Assembly: GCA_963727775.1 (NCBI GenBank)
Contig: CAVSHB010000001.1
Location: forward strand, 672,001 to 736,000
Source of the DNA: an uncultured Nitrospiraceae bacterium
Lineage (GTDB): Bacteria; Nitrospirota; Thermodesulfovibrionia; Thermodesulfovibrionales; SM23-35
Reading direction: 5' to 3'
DNA: 64,000 bases
Made by a program: the position numbers and the translations under genes. Positions 40,230 through 53,904 of the stretch are shown piece after piece; positions within the stretch are counted from its first letter, which is position 1; each line of letters opens with the position of its first letter. The notes below the pieces were generated by a model. That model made no database searches. It worked only from the letters and a program-made list of their open reading frames with translations, and was not told where the DNA came from.

Positions 40230-41174
40230 ATGCCTGAGGGGATTAAACTCTTTACCGGTAGCGCGCATACTGAGCTTGCAAAAGAAATTGCCGATTATAT
40301 GGACATGCCGGTCGGGGATGCAGTCGTAACGGAATTTAGTGACGGTGAAATTGCGGTACAGATAAACGAGAATGTTAGAGGTACGGATGTGTTTGTTCTG
40401 CAACCTACCTGCATGCCGGTTAACCGTCATATTATGGAACTCCTTTTGATGGTGGATGCGCTGAAGAGGTCGTCCGCAAGGAGAATAACAGCCGTTATCC
40501 CTTACTATGGCTATGCAAGACAGGACAGGAAGGTCCAGCCGAGGGTGCCGATATCGGCAAAGCTTGTTGCGGATTTGATAACCGCGGCAGGAACAAACAG
40601 GGTACTGACGATGGACTTGCACGCGGCCCAGATTCAGGGGTTTTTCAATATCCCCGTTGACAACCTGTATGCATCGCCTGTATTGCTGGATTATGTCCTG
40701 AAAAAATATGACTTTCATAACCTTGTTATCGTATCCCCTGATGCCGGCGGTGTTGAAAGGGCGAGGTCTTTCGCAAAAAAACTCGACTGTTCCATCGCTA
40801 TAATTGATAAAAGACGCGAGGTGGCCAATATCTCACAAATAATGAATGTTATCGGTGACGTCGAAAAAAAGGACACTATTATTCTTGATGATATGGTCGA
40901 TACCGGCGGGACAACAATACAGGCCGCCGCTGCTTTAAAGGAGAAAGGAGCAAGGCGTGTTCTTGCAGCGTGTACTCATGCCGTCCTTTCAGGTAATGCA
41001 ATCGAAAAGGTGAACGGCTCTGTGTTGGAAGAGTTGATTGTTACAAACACAATATCAATGGACAGCAAAAAAGAAAAGTGTAAAAAACTCACGGTTTTGA
41101 GCATAGCGTCTCTCATTGGAGAGGCGATCAAAAGGATTCATGAAGAATCTTCAATAAGTTCGCTTTTTGCATAA
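40230..41174 (+). CDS. prs: Ribose-phosphate pyrophosphokinase
   Basis: FSDGE, YYGYARQDRK, DLHAAQIQGFF, VSPDAGGVERAR, DDMVDTGGT. Confidence 0.98.
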   Translation: MPEGIKLFTGSAHTELAKEIADYMDMPVGDAVVTEFSDGEIAVQINENVRGTDVFVLQPTCMPVNRHIMELLLMVDALKRSSARRITAVIPYYGYARQDRKVQPRVPISAKLVADLITAAGTNRVLTMDLHAAQIQGFFNIPVDNLYASPVLLDYVLKKYDFHNLVIVSPDAGGVERARSFAKKLDCSIAIIDKRREVANISQIMNVIGDVEKKDTIILDDMVDTGGTTIQAAAALKEKGARRVLAACTHAVLSGNAIEKVNGSVLEELIVTNTISMDSKKEKCKKLTVLSIASLIGEAIKRIHEESSISSLFA

Positions 41175-41184
41175 AGGAGGATAA

Positions 41185-41850
41185 ATGGAAAGGATAACCA
41201 TTAACGTTACTAAGAGAGAAGAGACCGGAAAAGGGGCAGCGCGCTCACTCCGCAGAAAGGAGATGATTCCCGCAATTCTCTATAGGGGTGGCGGATCAGT
41301 ATCGCTAAAAATTCCCAAGAAAGAACTTACTCAGTTCATCAATACGACCTCAGGTGAACAGGTTATGGTAAATCTTCAGTTCCAGGACGGCGAAAACAAG
41401 ATTGCCCTTATGAAGGAATTCCAGGTTGACCCGACAAGAAGGGAATTGATCCATGCGGATTTCTTTGAAGTTTTACTGACTGAAAAGATAAAGGTACATG
41501 TGCATATAAGCACCGTCGGAGAGCCTATCGGCGTGAAGAGGGACGCGGGTATCCTGCAGAATCTCCTCAGGGAGATTGAAATAGAATGCCTGCCGGATAA
41601 GATCCCCGGTCATGTTAAAATAGACATCTCAGGGCTGGAGATCGGTCAATCACTCCATGTAAGAGATCTGCAGCTCGGAGAAGACATAAAAGTCCTTAGC
41701 GACCCTGAAGGAGTGATAGTGAATATAATCGCGCCGTTGGTTGAAGAAGCCGCGCCTGCTGCTGAGGTTGCTGCGCCTGAGGCGGCAGAGCCCGAGGTAT
41801 TGAAGAAAGGCAAGAAGGAAGAGGAGAAAGCAGAGGAAGAGAAAAAATAG
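41185..41850 (+). CDS. rplY: 50S ribosomal protein L25 (Ctc form)
   Basis: GKGAARSLR...IPAILY, HADF, acidic tail; between prs and pth. Confidence 0.96.
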   Translation: MERITINVTKREETGKGAARSLRRKEMIPAILYRGGGSVSLKIPKKELTQFINTTSGEQVMVNLQFQDGENKIALMKEFQVDPTRRELIHADFFEVLLTEKIKVHVHISTVGEPIGVKRDAGILQNLLREIEIECLPDKIPGHVKIDISGLEIGQSLHVRDLQLGEDIKVLSDPEGVIVNIIAPLVEEAAPAAEVAAPEAAEPEVLKKGKKEEEKAEEEKK

Positions 41851-41906
41851 TTATTTGTTTTCACCTGTAGATTATTTACTGTTAACTTATAACTTTTCAA
41901 ATGATC

Positions 41907-42458
41907 ATGTGGCTTATCGCAGGCCTCGGAAATCCGGGGAGAAAATATTCCAGAACCAGACACAATGTCGGTTTCATGGCTGTAGAAGAAGTTGCCGGCA
42001 GGCATAAGATAGATTTAAAAGACAGAGACATGCATAAAATTGGAAGGGGTTCTATTGAAGGACGCGATGTCCTCCTTATAGAGCCCCTTCTTTATATGAA
42101 CAAAAGCGGCACTGTCATTCAATATTTATTCAAGAAATACACTATCCATCCTGAAAATCTTATTGTCATCCACGACGACCTTGATATGGATACTGGGAAA
42201 CTGAGAATCAGGAAAACGGGTTCGGCGGGCGGGCATAAAGGGGTCGAATCAATTATACAGAGCCTAGGTACCAGGGATTTCATACGGGTTAAGATCGGAA
42301 TTGGCAGAGAAGGAGGAATCCCGGCAGAGGAGTATGTCCTGAATAAATTCAGCAGGCAGGAAATTACAATTGTTAAAGATGCGGTGCAAAATGCAGCTGA
42401 TGCGATTTCTGTTGTCGTTTCGGCGGGAGTAGATAAGGCGATGAATAGGTTCAACTAA
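41907..42458 (+). CDS. pth: Peptidyl-tRNA hydrolase
   Basis: GLGNPG..Y..TRHNVGF, YMNKSG, HDDLD, GGHKG. Confidence 0.97.
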   Translation: MWLIAGLGNPGRKYSRTRHNVGFMAVEEVAGRHKIDLKDRDMHKIGRGSIEGRDVLLIEPLLYMNKSGTVIQYLFKKYTIHPENLIVIHDDLDMDTGKLRIRKTGSAGGHKGVESIIQSLGTRDFIRVKIGIGREGGIPAEEYVLNKFSRQEITIVKDAVQNAADAISVVVSAGVDKAMNRFN

Positions 42459-43718
42459 TTGAAAATGCGCGACATGCTTGGCAGAGAGGAACTCATTACT
42501 GTAGAAAAGGCTCTTGAGCTTCTCTGCCGATACTCACCCTTCAAAAGGCCCCCCGAGATCAGCCTGCCCATCGATAAAACATATGGGATGATTATATCGA
42601 GAGATATAATTTCACCTGAAGACCTGCCTCCGTTTGACAGGTCTTCAGTTGACGGATTTGCGGTGAACTCTGCGGACACATTCGGCGCCACAGAGGGCTT
42701 ACCGGCTTACCTCCCCGTCAGGGCTGAAATATTAATGGGAGATATGCCTGACTTTGTTCTGAGAAAAGGTGAAGTCGCCAAGATAGCGACGGGAGGGATG
42801 CTCCCGGAAGGAGCTGATTCGGTCGTAATGTTTGAACATACCCAACGGATAGATGAGACGATGATAGAGGTGTTAAAGCCTGTTTCACCGGGCGAAAATG
42901 TCATTCAAACGGGCGAAGATGCAAGCAAGAACGAGTGCGTATTGCAATGCGGACACAGATTGAGGCCGCAGGATATCGGTGCACTTGCCGGACTCGGGAT
43001 ACCCGGGATATGGGTTTACGAAAAACCGAGGGTTTCAATAATTTCTACAGGAGATGAAATAGTTTCCGCTGATGAGCCTTTAAAGCCGGGCCAGGTAAGG
43101 GACATCAATTCGTATACGCTGGCAGGTCTCATTTCAAATGCCGGTGGGGTACCCTTGAAAAAAGGGATTTTTAGTGACAGGTACGAGATCATCAAAGATG
43201 TTGCCGAGCGTTCCCTGCAAGATTCGGAAATGGTTTTGATTACAGGCGGGAGTTCAGTAGGCGCCAAAGATATGACGGCAAAAGTAATAAACGATTTGGG
43301 AAGCCCGGGTGTCTTGTTTCACGGCGTATCATTAAAACCCGGCAAACCTATGATAGGGGGCATTGCAGGTTCTGTCCCCGTATTTGGTCTTCCGGGACAT
43401 CCGGCTGCAGTCAATGTATGCTTTGAAATTTTTGTCCGGCCTGTTCTGAATATTCAGTCCGGCTCAAATGAACAAAGGTCCGATAATGGGAAAAGGATTA
43501 TTAAAGCAAGGATTACAAAAAATATTTCCTCAAGTCCCGGAAGGGAAGAACATATAGGTGTTGCCCTTGAAGAAAGAAACGGAGAAATATGGGCCATCCC
43601 TTTGTTGGGCAAATCGGGTCTTATTACAACATTGACAAGGGCAGACGGAACTGCAGTGATCCCATTGCAGAAACTCGGCATACAGGAAGGGGAAATTGTA
43701 GAAGTCAGACTGTTTTAG
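42459..43718 (+). CDS. moeA: Molybdopterin molybdotransferase MoeA
   Basis: PPFDRSSVDGFAV, IATGG, STGDE, DINS, TGGSS, KPGKP, GLPGHP. Confidence 0.96.
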   Translation: MKMRDMLGREELITVEKALELLCRYSPFKRPPEISLPIDKTYGMIISRDIISPEDLPPFDRSSVDGFAVNSADTFGATEGLPAYLPVRAEILMGDMPDFVLRKGEVAKIATGGMLPEGADSVVMFEHTQRIDETMIEVLKPVSPGENVIQTGEDASKNECVLQCGHRLRPQDIGALAGLGIPGIWVYEKPRVSIISTGDEIVSADEPLKPGQVRDINSYTLAGLISNAGGVPLKKGIFSDRYEIIKDVAERSLQDSEMVLITGGSSVGAKDMTAKVINDLGSPGVLFHGVSLKPGKPMIGGIAGSVPVFGLPGHPAAVNVCFEIFVRPVLNIQSGSNEQRSDNGKRIIKARITKNISSSPGREEHIGVALEERNGEIWAIPLLGKSGLITTLTRADGTAVIPLQKLGIQEGEIVEVRLF

Positions 43719-44728
43719 TCAGGCGCTACCACGACCTTCAATGAATCTTTTGCCCCTGTAACCAACTTAAAGCCAAGCTTAATATCTGACAACGGAACCT
43801 TATGCGTCACCATTTTTTTTACATTAATTATCCCTCTGTCGATCAGTTTTACGGCCTTCCGAAGATCATCAGTAGCAGCGCCGTATGAAAAGGTTACAGT
43901 TATTTCATCCCTCCAGAATCTCGTAGACGGGATACTTATATCAAACTCAGGCGCCGCAAAAAAAAGGATTTTTCCTTTTCTTCCAACCGAGGATATTGCA
44001 TTATCTACAGCCTTTCTTGCTGCCGCGCAGACGATTACTACATCAGCTAATCTATTATCATTTATGCTTTGCAGTTCATCCGCTGAGTATTTATTTGCAT
44101 CGATCGTATGATCTGCGCCGAACTCCATGGCTTTGCTCAGTCTGTACCCATTGATATCTGTTGCGATGACCTTGGCCTTTTTTGTCTTTGCCAGTTGGAC
44201 ATGCAAAAGCCCTGAAACACCGGAGCCGATTATCAGGACCGTTTGTCCTTCATTTAGTCCCAACTGGTCCTGCCCCGCAACCGCACATGCCAAAGGCTCG
44301 ATCATGGTGCCGTCTTCGAAAGACAATCCGGCAGGAAGAAGAAATGTCCCGTATCTGACATTCTCCTCAGGGACCCTTATGAATTCCGCAAACCCCCCTG
44401 GGTCATAGTTCCCGGTATGGAGAGATTCGCACGCGGTATAATTGCGACGAATGCAGTGATAACATTTGTAGCATGGAACATGATGGGAAACGAAGACCCT
44501 GTCCCCTTTCTTGAATCTTTTGATTTTCTTGCCGACCTCTGTAATTTCTCCTGCCATTTCATGCCCGAGAATACGCGGGGCTTTCTTAATCCTATACCAT
44601 TCCATGACATCTGTCCCGCAGATTCCGCAGGCTTTCATCTTAACGAGGATCTCTCCGTCGGATATGGAGGGAACAGAACGTTCTTCAATCCTTATGTCAT
44701 CGTTCCTGTAATAAACAGCCACTTTCAT
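43715..44728 (-). CDS. Zinc-dependent alcohol/polyol dehydrogenase (MDR)
   Basis: CGICGTD, GHE, C..C..C.......C, EPLAC, GSGVSG. Confidence 0.93.
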   Translation of the reverse strand: MKVAVYYRNDDIRIEERSVPSISDGEILVKMKACGICGTDVMEWYRIKKAPRILGHEMAGEITEVGKKIKRFKKGDRVFVSHHVPCYKCYHCIRRNYTACESLHTGNYDPGGFAEFIRVPEENVRYGTFLLPAGLSFEDGTMIEPLACAVAGQDQLGLNEGQTVLIIGSGVSGLLHVQLAKTKKAKVIATDINGYRLSKAMEFGADHTIDANKYSADELQSINDNRLADVVIVCAAARKAVDNAISSVGRKGKILFFAAPEFDISIPSTRFWRDEITVTFSYGAATDDLRKAVKLIDRGIINVKKMVTHKVPLSDIKLGFKLVTGAKDSLKVVVAPD

Positions 44729-44750
44729 AGTGTCCCTTTAACCTTTAGAT

Positions 44751-44880
44751 GGGGAGGTAATGGTATTCGAGCGGATTCTTTTGTCGATAGTCGTATTAAA
44801 TAATCCGGTTAGTAAAGAGGCAAAAGCCTCGGAGGCCGCCTGAGGCGGACGAGAATGAGCGACAATACTATTACCTCCCT
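44751..44880 (-). repeat. Structured intergenic repeat, copy D
   Basis: Outer stem GGGAGGTAATGGTATT / AATACTATTACCTCCC; reverse strand has CGCTCATTCTCG-hairpin-CCTCCGAGG...CCGCT. Confidence 0.8.
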
Positions 44881-44912
44881 GAGTTCTATATAATGATTCT
44901 ATCAAGACAATT

Positions 44913-45707
44913 CTATTTCTTTGTATATATCTCAAACGCTTCGTCGACTGAAGCGCCTTTATGGACGATTGCTCTTATTGCTTTTATCATGCCAACAGGG
45001 TTATCGCTCTGGAAAATATTTCTACCCATGTCAACGCCTGAGGCGCCTTCTTTTATGGCATTGAACGTCATCTGCAATGCTTCCTTTTCGGGTATCTTTT
45101 TGCCTCCGGCCATAACAATTGGTACGGGACATCCCTCTGCTATTTTGTGAAAATCCTCGCAATAATATGTCTTTACAAAGTGTGCTCCGATTTCCGCCGC
45201 TATCCTGCATGCCAACGCGAGATAGCGGGCATCTCTACCCATCTCTTTACCAACTGCCGTCACAGCCAGCACAGGCATGCCGTATCTCTCTGCTTCGCTT
45301 ACCAACCTGCCGAGATTTGATATTGTTCTGTCTTCATTCTTTGCTCCAACAAAAATGGACATCCCTACACCGGAAGCATTAAGTCTTATCGCTTCTTCCA
45401 TGGATGTTGTGATATCCTCATTCGACAATTCTCCAAGTATGCTCGGCCCGCCGGAAACCCTGAGACATATTGCAACGTTACTCCGTGGGTCAATAGCGTT
45501 CCTTACCATACCTCTTGTTATGAATAAACAATCTGCATAAGATACCAGAGGGGTGACCGTTTTTTTTAAGTCCTTTAACCCGGTCGTAGGTCCCTGAAAG
45601 TAGCCATGATCAACCGCGAGCATAACGGTCTTTCCCGTTCTCGGATTAATGATATTTGAAAGTCTGTTTTTGATTCCGAAATCCATAGATAAGTTCTCCT
45701 TGTTCAT
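44913..45707 (-). CDS. lsrF: LsrF / DhnA-type class I aldolase-thiolase
   Basis: MLAVDHGYFQGPTTGL, LRVSGG, AVTAVGK, VKTYY, MAGGKK, GVDMGRNIFQ. Confidence 0.9.
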   Translation of the reverse strand: MNKENLSMDFGIKNRLSNIINPRTGKTVMLAVDHGYFQGPTTGLKDLKKTVTPLVSYADCLFITRGMVRNAIDPRSNVAICLRVSGGPSILGELSNEDITTSMEEAIRLNASGVGMSIFVGAKNEDRTISNLGRLVSEAERYGMPVLAVTAVGKEMGRDARYLALACRIAAEIGAHFVKTYYCEDFHKIAEGCPVPIVMAGGKKIPEKEALQMTFNAIKEGASGVDMGRNIFQSDNPVGMIKAIRAIVHKGASVDEAFEIYTKK

Positions 45708-45784
45708 TTTTTGAAAGTATATAAAAAGATCTGTTATACTGTCAAAAGCTTTAAGTAAATTTATTTAATTTTTTTCTGAAGCTA

Positions 45785-45843
45785 TTGACAAAGTTTCGAG
45801 CATCAGTTATTATAATCTCTCTTACGTTATTGCTCTTTGAAAA
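45785..45843 (+). promoter_or_regulatory. rrn promoter and boxA
   Basis: TTGACA (45785)-17 nt-TATTAT; boxA TGCTCTTTGAAAA at 45831-45843. Confidence 0.8.
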
Positions 45844-45886
45844 ATCTAAAAAAGTGCGTAGCATACCCTGATTCAGTTTTAAGCTT

Positions 45887-47422
<1,536 letters not shown>

Positions 47423-47476
47423 ATTACGTTAGAGGGTAGCGCTACGCACTTTTTTAGCTTTTAGCAGAGAAAGCAG

Positions 47477-47553
47477 GGGCCTATAGCTCAGCTGGCTAGA
47501 GCGCACCCCTGATAAGGGTGAGGTCATTGGTTCGACTCCAATTAGGCCCACCA
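47477..47553 (+). tRNA. tRNA-Ile (GAT)
   Basis: CACCC-CTGATAA-GGGTG anticodon arm, CCA end, ITS position. Confidence 0.98.
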
Positions 47554-47576
47554 TCCAATGCAGATTTTTTTTGCGA

Positions 47577-47652
47577 GGGGGTGTAGCTCAGTTGGGAGAG
47601 CGCCTGCTTTGCAAGCAGGAGGTCATCGGTTCGATCCCGTTCACCTCCACCA
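47577..47652 (+). tRNA. tRNA-Ala (TGC)
   Basis: CCTGC-TTTGCAA-GCAGG anticodon arm, CCA end. Confidence 0.98.
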
Positions 47653-47761
47653 AGGAAGTTCCGAGTTCAATGTTCAATAATCGAAGTTGATAATGGACGT
47701 TAACACGCGGACGTTGAAGTGGAAGTTTTTAGTTCTTTGACAACAGAAGGGAATAAGTAAG

Positions 47762-50789
<3,028 letters not shown>

Positions 50790-50873
50790 CTTATTTAATT
50801 TCCCTCCTGTTGTCAAAGAGATGTTGAAATGATTGCTCTTTAAATGGTAAAATGTAAAATCGGAAATTAAAGT

Positions 50874-50992
50874 TTCCGGTGGCAATGCCGAGGGGGAAAC
50901 ACCCGTTCCCATACCGAACACGGAAGTTAAGCCCCTCAGGGCCGATGATACTATGATTGCTAAGGTTATGGGAAAGTAGGTCGCTGCCGGAT
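50874..50992 (+). rRNA. rrf: 5S rRNA
   Basis: CACCCGTTCCCATACCGAACACGGAAGTTAAG, AGTAGGTCGCTGCCGG. Confidence 0.97.
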
Positions 50993-50998
50993 TAAGAT

Positions 50999-51032
50999 AA
51001 AAAAAGGCCTGATAATAGTCAGGCCTTTTTTT
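50999..51032. terminator. Bidirectional rho-independent terminator of rrn
   Basis: A-run, GGCCTGA-loop-TCAGGCC, T-run. Confidence 0.9.
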
Positions 51033-51053
51033 ATTTTCCATTTTCGATCTTCA

Positions 51054-51284
51054 TCAGATCATGCTGCTCTCGTCGTAAAGGGGAGATGACTTTGAGTAAT
51101 AAGGGACCTTTTCTCCGGACGTAATATATTGATAGACTCCTGCCGCCACAGAGCCCGCGACAATACCTGCTGTTGCGCCTAAAAGGATGCCTTTTGACGG
51201 ATTTTTCCGGCCAACGAGCATGCCGAGTGCCGTACCTGCAGCAGCGGCTATCCCGAGCCATATCAAATAATCAGATTTCTTCAT
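51054..51284 (-). CDS. Small Gly/Ala-rich membrane protein
   Basis: 76 aa with two glycine-zipper-like segments. Confidence 0.7.
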   Translation of the reverse strand: MKKSDYLIWLGIAAAAGTALGMLVGRKNPSKGILLGATAGIVAGSVAAGVYQYITSGEKVPYYSKSSPLYDESSMI

Positions 51285-51416
51285 AGTATAATAATCTTAA
51301 TAGCATTTTATAATACCACGAACTGCCGCGTTCAGCGGAATAGTTTTATATCAGAATAATCACCTGAAAAACGATAAAATGCTGTGGTAGTACGGAATGT
51401 AATGCAGTATAATTAT

Positions 51417-52040
51417 ATGAACATGGAACATTCTCTAATAATTCAGGACTTGAAAATCCGGTATCTTCAGAAGGGTACGGGCATTCCTGTAGTATTGCTG
51501 CATGGGTTTAGTTTTTCTGCCGAGACATGGAGTGAGATAGGACTGTTCGATCTATTGTCAGCCGACCACAGCGTTTATTCATTTGATATGCCTTACGGAA
51601 GTAAGAGCAGGTCGGACAAGTTCGACGCTGAAAACAGGGATGACTACGCGGATTTTTTAAACACTATGTTGAAGACGCTTAATATAAACAGCCCAATTCT
51701 AATAGGCGCGTCTATAAGCGGAGAGGTCACGTTAAGATATTTAATGCGTGGTTATAGCGCCCGATCCGCTATCGTTATCGGACCGGCCGGGATAAAAAGT
51801 CTTGATGATCGGTTCAGTAGTATTGCCGTACCTATGCTTGCTGTTTGGGGAGATAAAGATACCATATCGCCGCCCGCTAATTCGGAAATCCTGAAAGCCC
51901 ATGTGAAGAACTCTGAAGTACGCATCATTGAGGGAGCCGGTCATGCATGTTACCTGGATGCACCAAAGAAGTTTATAGAAATTGTCAAAGATTTTCTTCA
52001 CATTCGCCGTCATTCCCGCGCAGGCGGGAATCCAATTTAA
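51417..52040 (+). CDS. Alpha/beta fold hydrolase
   Basis: LLHGF, GASISG nucleophile elbow, WGDKD, GAGHACY; start 51417 or 51423. Confidence 0.92.
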   Translation: MNMEHSLIIQDLKIRYLQKGTGIPVVLLHGFSFSAETWSEIGLFDLLSADHSVYSFDMPYGSKSRSDKFDAENRDDYADFLNTMLKTLNINSPILIGASISGEVTLRYLMRGYSARSAIVIGPAGIKSLDDRFSSIAVPMLAVWGDKDTISPPANSEILKAHVKNSEVRIIEGAGHACYLDAPKKFIEIVKDFLHIRRHSRAGGNPI

Positions 52041-52079
52041 CCCAGAATGGATGCCCGACTGAGGAACTCGGGCATGACG
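52008..52079. repeat. REP-like palindromic element (GTCATTCCCGCGCAGGCGGGAATCCA type)
   Basis: CGTCATTCCCGCGCAGGCGGGAATCCA...TGGATGCCCGACTGAGGAACTCGGGCATGACG; overlaps the hydrolase 3' end. Confidence 0.8.
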
Positions 52080-52125
52080 ATAAAGGAAAGAATCTGTGAA
52101 TACTATTATGAGACAGTAAAATATC

Positions 52126-52665
52126 TTACACTTTGAGGATGAAACTGTCTCTATGATGAAAATCGGGTTGTGGACCGGGATGGGTCAACGCCCAATAACT
52201 TATCTCGCCGTTTTTAAATTTGATGACGGCACTGACGGCAACCTTTAATGAATGATCTGCTGGGAGGATACTGCCCAAATCTATATTCAAAGATAAACGT
52301 AAAATTTCCGGATGTATCCCGATTCTGAGCGGGAGTGATGTGAATGCCGGCTCTTCCTGCATGCCTTGTCGATAGGATTTGAAGCTATAGGCGTTCCAAT
52401 GCCCACTTGGCGAGAGGTTGAATTCCCAGTATTTAGTGCGATCTTCCACAGCGAGAAAAAACTCGAAACATGTATCTTCCCAGAGTGCTTTCTTTCGAAC
52501 CGGGATATCCGCCTGCGCGGGAATTGCGATCTCCGACAACAGGCCGAGGAGTTCATAGCTGACGGCAAGCGTGCTGGAACTCCGTTCTATCTCACCTGTA
52601 ATTTTCGTAACCGGCAGAGGGCCGGCTGATGGGAACGGCTTAAGGGAAAAACTTTGTCCGTTCAT
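52126..52665 (-). CDS. DOMON-like domain protein
   Basis: LWEDTCFEFF, YWEFNLSPSGHWNAY.F..YR, SYWALTH...PDFH. Confidence 0.88.
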   Translation of the reverse strand: MNGQSFSLKPFPSAGPLPVTKITGEIERSSSTLAVSYELLGLLSEIAIPAQADIPVRKKALWEDTCFEFFLAVEDRTKYWEFNLSPSGHWNAYSFKSYRQGMQEEPAFTSLPLRIGIHPEILRLSLNIDLGSILPADHSLKVAVSAVIKFKNGEISYWALTHPGPQPDFHHRDSFILKV

Positions 52666-53759
52666 CTGGTCTCCCGGATGATTTTGTGGATGGCACTTTC
52701 CTGGGATTCGATACTCTCGGTGAGTTTGAACTGTACCAAAGCCCTGGCAAGATTTTGTTCCGGGTGCCTGATTTTAAAGTAGACATTACCTTCCATGTAA
52801 TCCGTAAAAAATCTTACCCCAAGCTCAAAAGCTATCAAGCGGATCGAGTCGTATAAATAATAAAAATCATTTTCGGTGAGGAAGTTTATGGCTGTTGAGA
52901 GATAGCTTTGCAGGATGGCCTTGCAAAGATCTGTGTCGAAATAGATTTTCTCGAATAGTTCCGTTTCTTCTCCATTGGGATTACAGCCTGAGCGGAGGCA
53001 GTCGCCGATATCATAATGGACCAGGCCGGGCTTGACTGTGTCGAGGTCAATAATGCTGACGGCCTGCCCGGTAGCTGTGTCTATTAGGATGTTGTTGACC
53101 TTCGGATCACCGTGAATCGGGCGAAGACACAGCTTGCCGTACGTTTTTGCATCCTCAAGGATATGAGCCCAGGCGTTTCGTGCCTCCACAAACTTTATGC
53201 AATAATTGACTTCCGGCGATTTGGCCGCAGCGAATTTCGCCAGGACCGAGTCGTAGCGAAGCAGGTAAAAAGGCGTAATGTGAAATCCTTTTAGTGTATC
53301 GGACAGGCTCGTGGCAGGCAGATCGCTGAGGAGTGTATGAAATATACCGAGCGCGTAACCCACTTCTTTTGCATGTGAAATATCTTTGATCGTGTCAAAA
53401 GTCTGCGAGCCTTCAATAAAGCTGATAGCGCGCCAGAAAGATCCTCCGGAGTCAAGCCAGTGGTCCCGGCCATCCTGAGTCAAAAGCACGTCCGGTATTT
53501 CCCAGCGGCGGTCTGCGCCGAGTGGGCATTTCTGTAGATGCCGACGAATATGCTCAATGCAAACGCGCATATTGAGCATGACAAGTCCCGGCTCATGAAA
53601 GACCTGTGTATTGATGCGCTGGAGGATAAAGTCTTTCTGCTCACTGTCGTCCAATGTTACCAGGAAGGTATTATTGATATTTCCGTTCCCGAATTCCCGG
53701 ATATCAATAATCAGGCCCTGTTGTTTGAATTGTTCTGCAACATCAAAAAGATTGTCCAA
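52662..53759 (-). CDS. Aminoglycoside-phosphotransferase-family kinase (N-acetylhexosamine kinase-like)
   Basis: GNGNINNT, LQRIN, HGDPKVNN, IDLDTV.PG, DIGD, RFFTDY..GN.YF. Confidence 0.9.
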   Translation of the reverse strand: MDNLFDVAEQFKQQGLIIDIREFGNGNINNTFLVTLDDSEQKDFILQRINTQVFHEPGLVMLNMRVCIEHIRRHLQKCPLGADRRWEIPDVLLTQDGRDHWLDSGGSFWRAISFIEGSQTFDTIKDISHAKEVGYALGIFHTLLSDLPATSLSDTLKGFHITPFYLLRYDSVLAKFAAAKSPEVNYCIKFVEARNAWAHILEDAKTYGKLCLRPIHGDPKVNNILIDTATGQAVSIIDLDTVKPGLVHYDIGDCLRSGCNPNGEETELFEKIYFDTDLCKAILQSYLSTAINFLTENDFYYLYDSIRLIAFELGVRFFTDYMEGNVYFKIRHPEQNLARALVQFKLTESIESQESAIHKIIRETR

Positions 53760-53904
53760 TAGATATCTCCCTCTTAATAAGTATAAACAAATTATACGAA
53801 TCGGAGCAGCCCTGTGATGGTTAGTGTGATGGTTAGATACTTGAGTTGCCGGGTTTTAGATTCTCTTGTTATACTTAAATATATCCGACTACAAACAAAT
53901 TATT

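Noticed and set aside
52503..52525. REP-like half (ATATCCGCCTGCGCGGGAAT) inside the DOMON-like gene
   Set aside because: Short, in-frame (IPAQADIP) and explainable by coding sequence; cannot be separated from chance
53814..53836. GTGATGGTTAG tandem duplication upstream of arsM as an ArsR operator
   Set aside because: Direct repeat only, no arsR nearby, insufficient support
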